Part shown: piece after piece, positions 62,347 to 64,000 of the stretch
Layout: the number at the start of each line of letters is the position of its first letter
How positions within the stretch are numbered: position 1 is the first letter of the stretch
Source: Pseudomonadota bacterium
Lineage (GTDB): Bacteria; Pseudomonadota; Alphaproteobacteria; Rickettsiales; UBA1997
Direction: 5' to 3'
NCBI GenBank assembly: GCA_018970485.1
Contig: JAGWWH010000001.1
Coordinates: 7,137 to 71,136 of the forward strand
Length of the DNA stretch: 64,000 nucleotides
Notes under the pieces: model-generated
The model's input: only the letters and a program-made list of their open reading frames with translations
What the model was told of the DNA's origin: nothing
The model's database searches: none
Position numbers and translations under genes: made by a program

Positions 62347-62485
62347 TAAAAAATCTTCACCAAATTTTCTGTCGATTTCTTAACCAGAGAAAAAATTGTA
62401 AAGCTGAAATTAATTTAAAAAATTTCGGCCCAAAAAATGCAGAGTATAAGATTAAGTTTTAGCTACTACCTACGCGCATTTTAAC

Positions 62486-64000
62486 TCACCTTTCAAAGTT
62501 AGAATCTTTGCTTTCTGACGAAGCTGCAACCCGAACAGCTCTGTTGGTTGTTCTGCTGCAAAACTTACGAATTCCTGCAGCCAAAGCCACCAAAGTCGTC
62601 ACTCCACCAACAACTGGTACAACAATGTTTAATGGCGCGCTTGAGTTTGAATTGCCTAAAGCATTTGGATTTGAAGTTGGACTTGAAGTTGAAGAGCCGC
62701 TAGGAAAAGCACTTGGTTTGCTGGTTTCATGCAGTGATTCATAAGACGGAATCGTGCTTGGCTTATAAGACGGAATTGAGCTTGGATTGGCAAATGGTTT
62801 GAGGCTTGGTTTTGCGTTTGGTTGATTTGATGGCTGCGAGCTTGGCAAAGCGCTTGGCATTATCAAATCGCCAACCGATGGAAAATATGTTGGTTGCGCA
62901 GAAGGCGGTGTTGAAGGCTGCTGGCTTGGCAAATTGGTCAGTTGGTTTTGCGTCAAGAAATAAACCTCAGGTGTTTTTGCAACATCAGTGGCGTTAACCC
63001 CAATTAAAATAATTGTTTGGTTGTTAGGTAGTAAAATGATGGTGTAGGGGGATTGCGAGTTTTCTAAAGAAATTTCAGGTTCATCAGCTATATCGTCATC
63101 ACCTTCTTCATAATATCCGTAGGTATCATCTTCTTCGGTAGAATTGGTAAAATTTGCAACTTCCAAGTATCTTTCTGATTGCAACAATAAATCATTAATC
63201 GCCTTTCCGCCTCCAAGTTTTCTAGTCCAAATTTCATCAATTGATTTTGAATCGCTTTTTGGATCGGCAAGAATTTTATTTTCTTCTTCAAGTGAAAGCT
63301 GTCCGAGACTTATTGGGTCACTAATTGATAAGGGTGCTGTAGTACTGAAGTCGAGCTCTCCATCAAATAATTGATCGATGGTGTAATCGTGATTATTTGA
63401 GGAGTAGAGACAAATTTGTGAGTAGTGGTCAATTGGTAAACTCACTCTGGCGTTTGGGTTAGAGTCAAGACCAGTTAACGCGAGGAATGAGTTTGGATTT
63501 GACAAAACTTTTAAATCAACTGCTTCGTCTCTAGATAAAGACAGCATGACTTTTTTTGTTCCTGGTTTGTGGTATAAGATTTTGTGACGTCGTAGTTATA
63601 AGCTGTTTGCTCCGGAGAGTCTGGAGCATAAATTGGCGAGGTTATTGTAAATATGTAAGGCCTAACCGATCTAATTCGATGTCCAGTTGGCAGGTTTGCA
63701 ATAGTTGACGGTTGCACGTCATAATATGGAACAACGGAGTCAACCTCAACTAGCGCGATATTTTTTGCATTAAAATCTCCGCAATAAAATTTATTTCCTC
63801 CTCTCACAAAACAGGCGCCTTTTCTAGTGAGAAGAGCAGTGCTGTAGAAATTACGATCAAAATCAGGTTGGTTAGCACTGGTAACTTCATCAACCATGCT
63901 GTTTGAAACTAGCTCTCCTCTAGAATTCACCCTAGCAACAAAAGCTGCGGATTTGCCTGCAACAAATTGACTAAACTCTCCCATAGATATCTCGCTAGTT
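62486..64000 (-). pseudogene. Frameshifted surface protein with PSxxP stalk and C-terminal TM (may extend beyond window)
   Basis: ORFs 63511-63984 and 62486-63547 overlap, with a frame change at ~63545-63597. Confidence 0.55.

Overview
AT-rich alphaproteobacterial chromosome segment, most consistent with a biosynthetically rich Rickettsiales-like lineage (DUF2706 lipoprotein, class-2 IleRS, FzlA, COQ9, IalB-like and ankyrin proteins alongside dxs, pdxJ, argD, asd, hom, leuD, tyrA, gap, fadJ). Most of the window is housekeeping genes; I found no rRNA, tRNA or CRISPR. The main candidate system is a ~2.7 kb locus (17.0-19.7 kb): an HUH Y1 (RAYT-like) transposase bracketed by stuttered, nested copies of an AATAATCCGGGGAC(A/G)GTA end motif, with the same motif separating a class III Fic gene and a methyltransferase in a cassette-like arrangement. 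Other highlights: LeuRS carries an in-frame transglutaminase-like domain with an intact Cys-His-Asp triad; one palindromic repeat family occurs only in-frame in LeuRS and IleRS; G-to-C skew flips are centred on many repeats; a DUF1016-N/thermonuclease fusion sits between a 22-bp palindrome and a pilin-LamG gene; and IleRS is C-terminally truncated. All calls come from reading motifs by eye; no database search was run.
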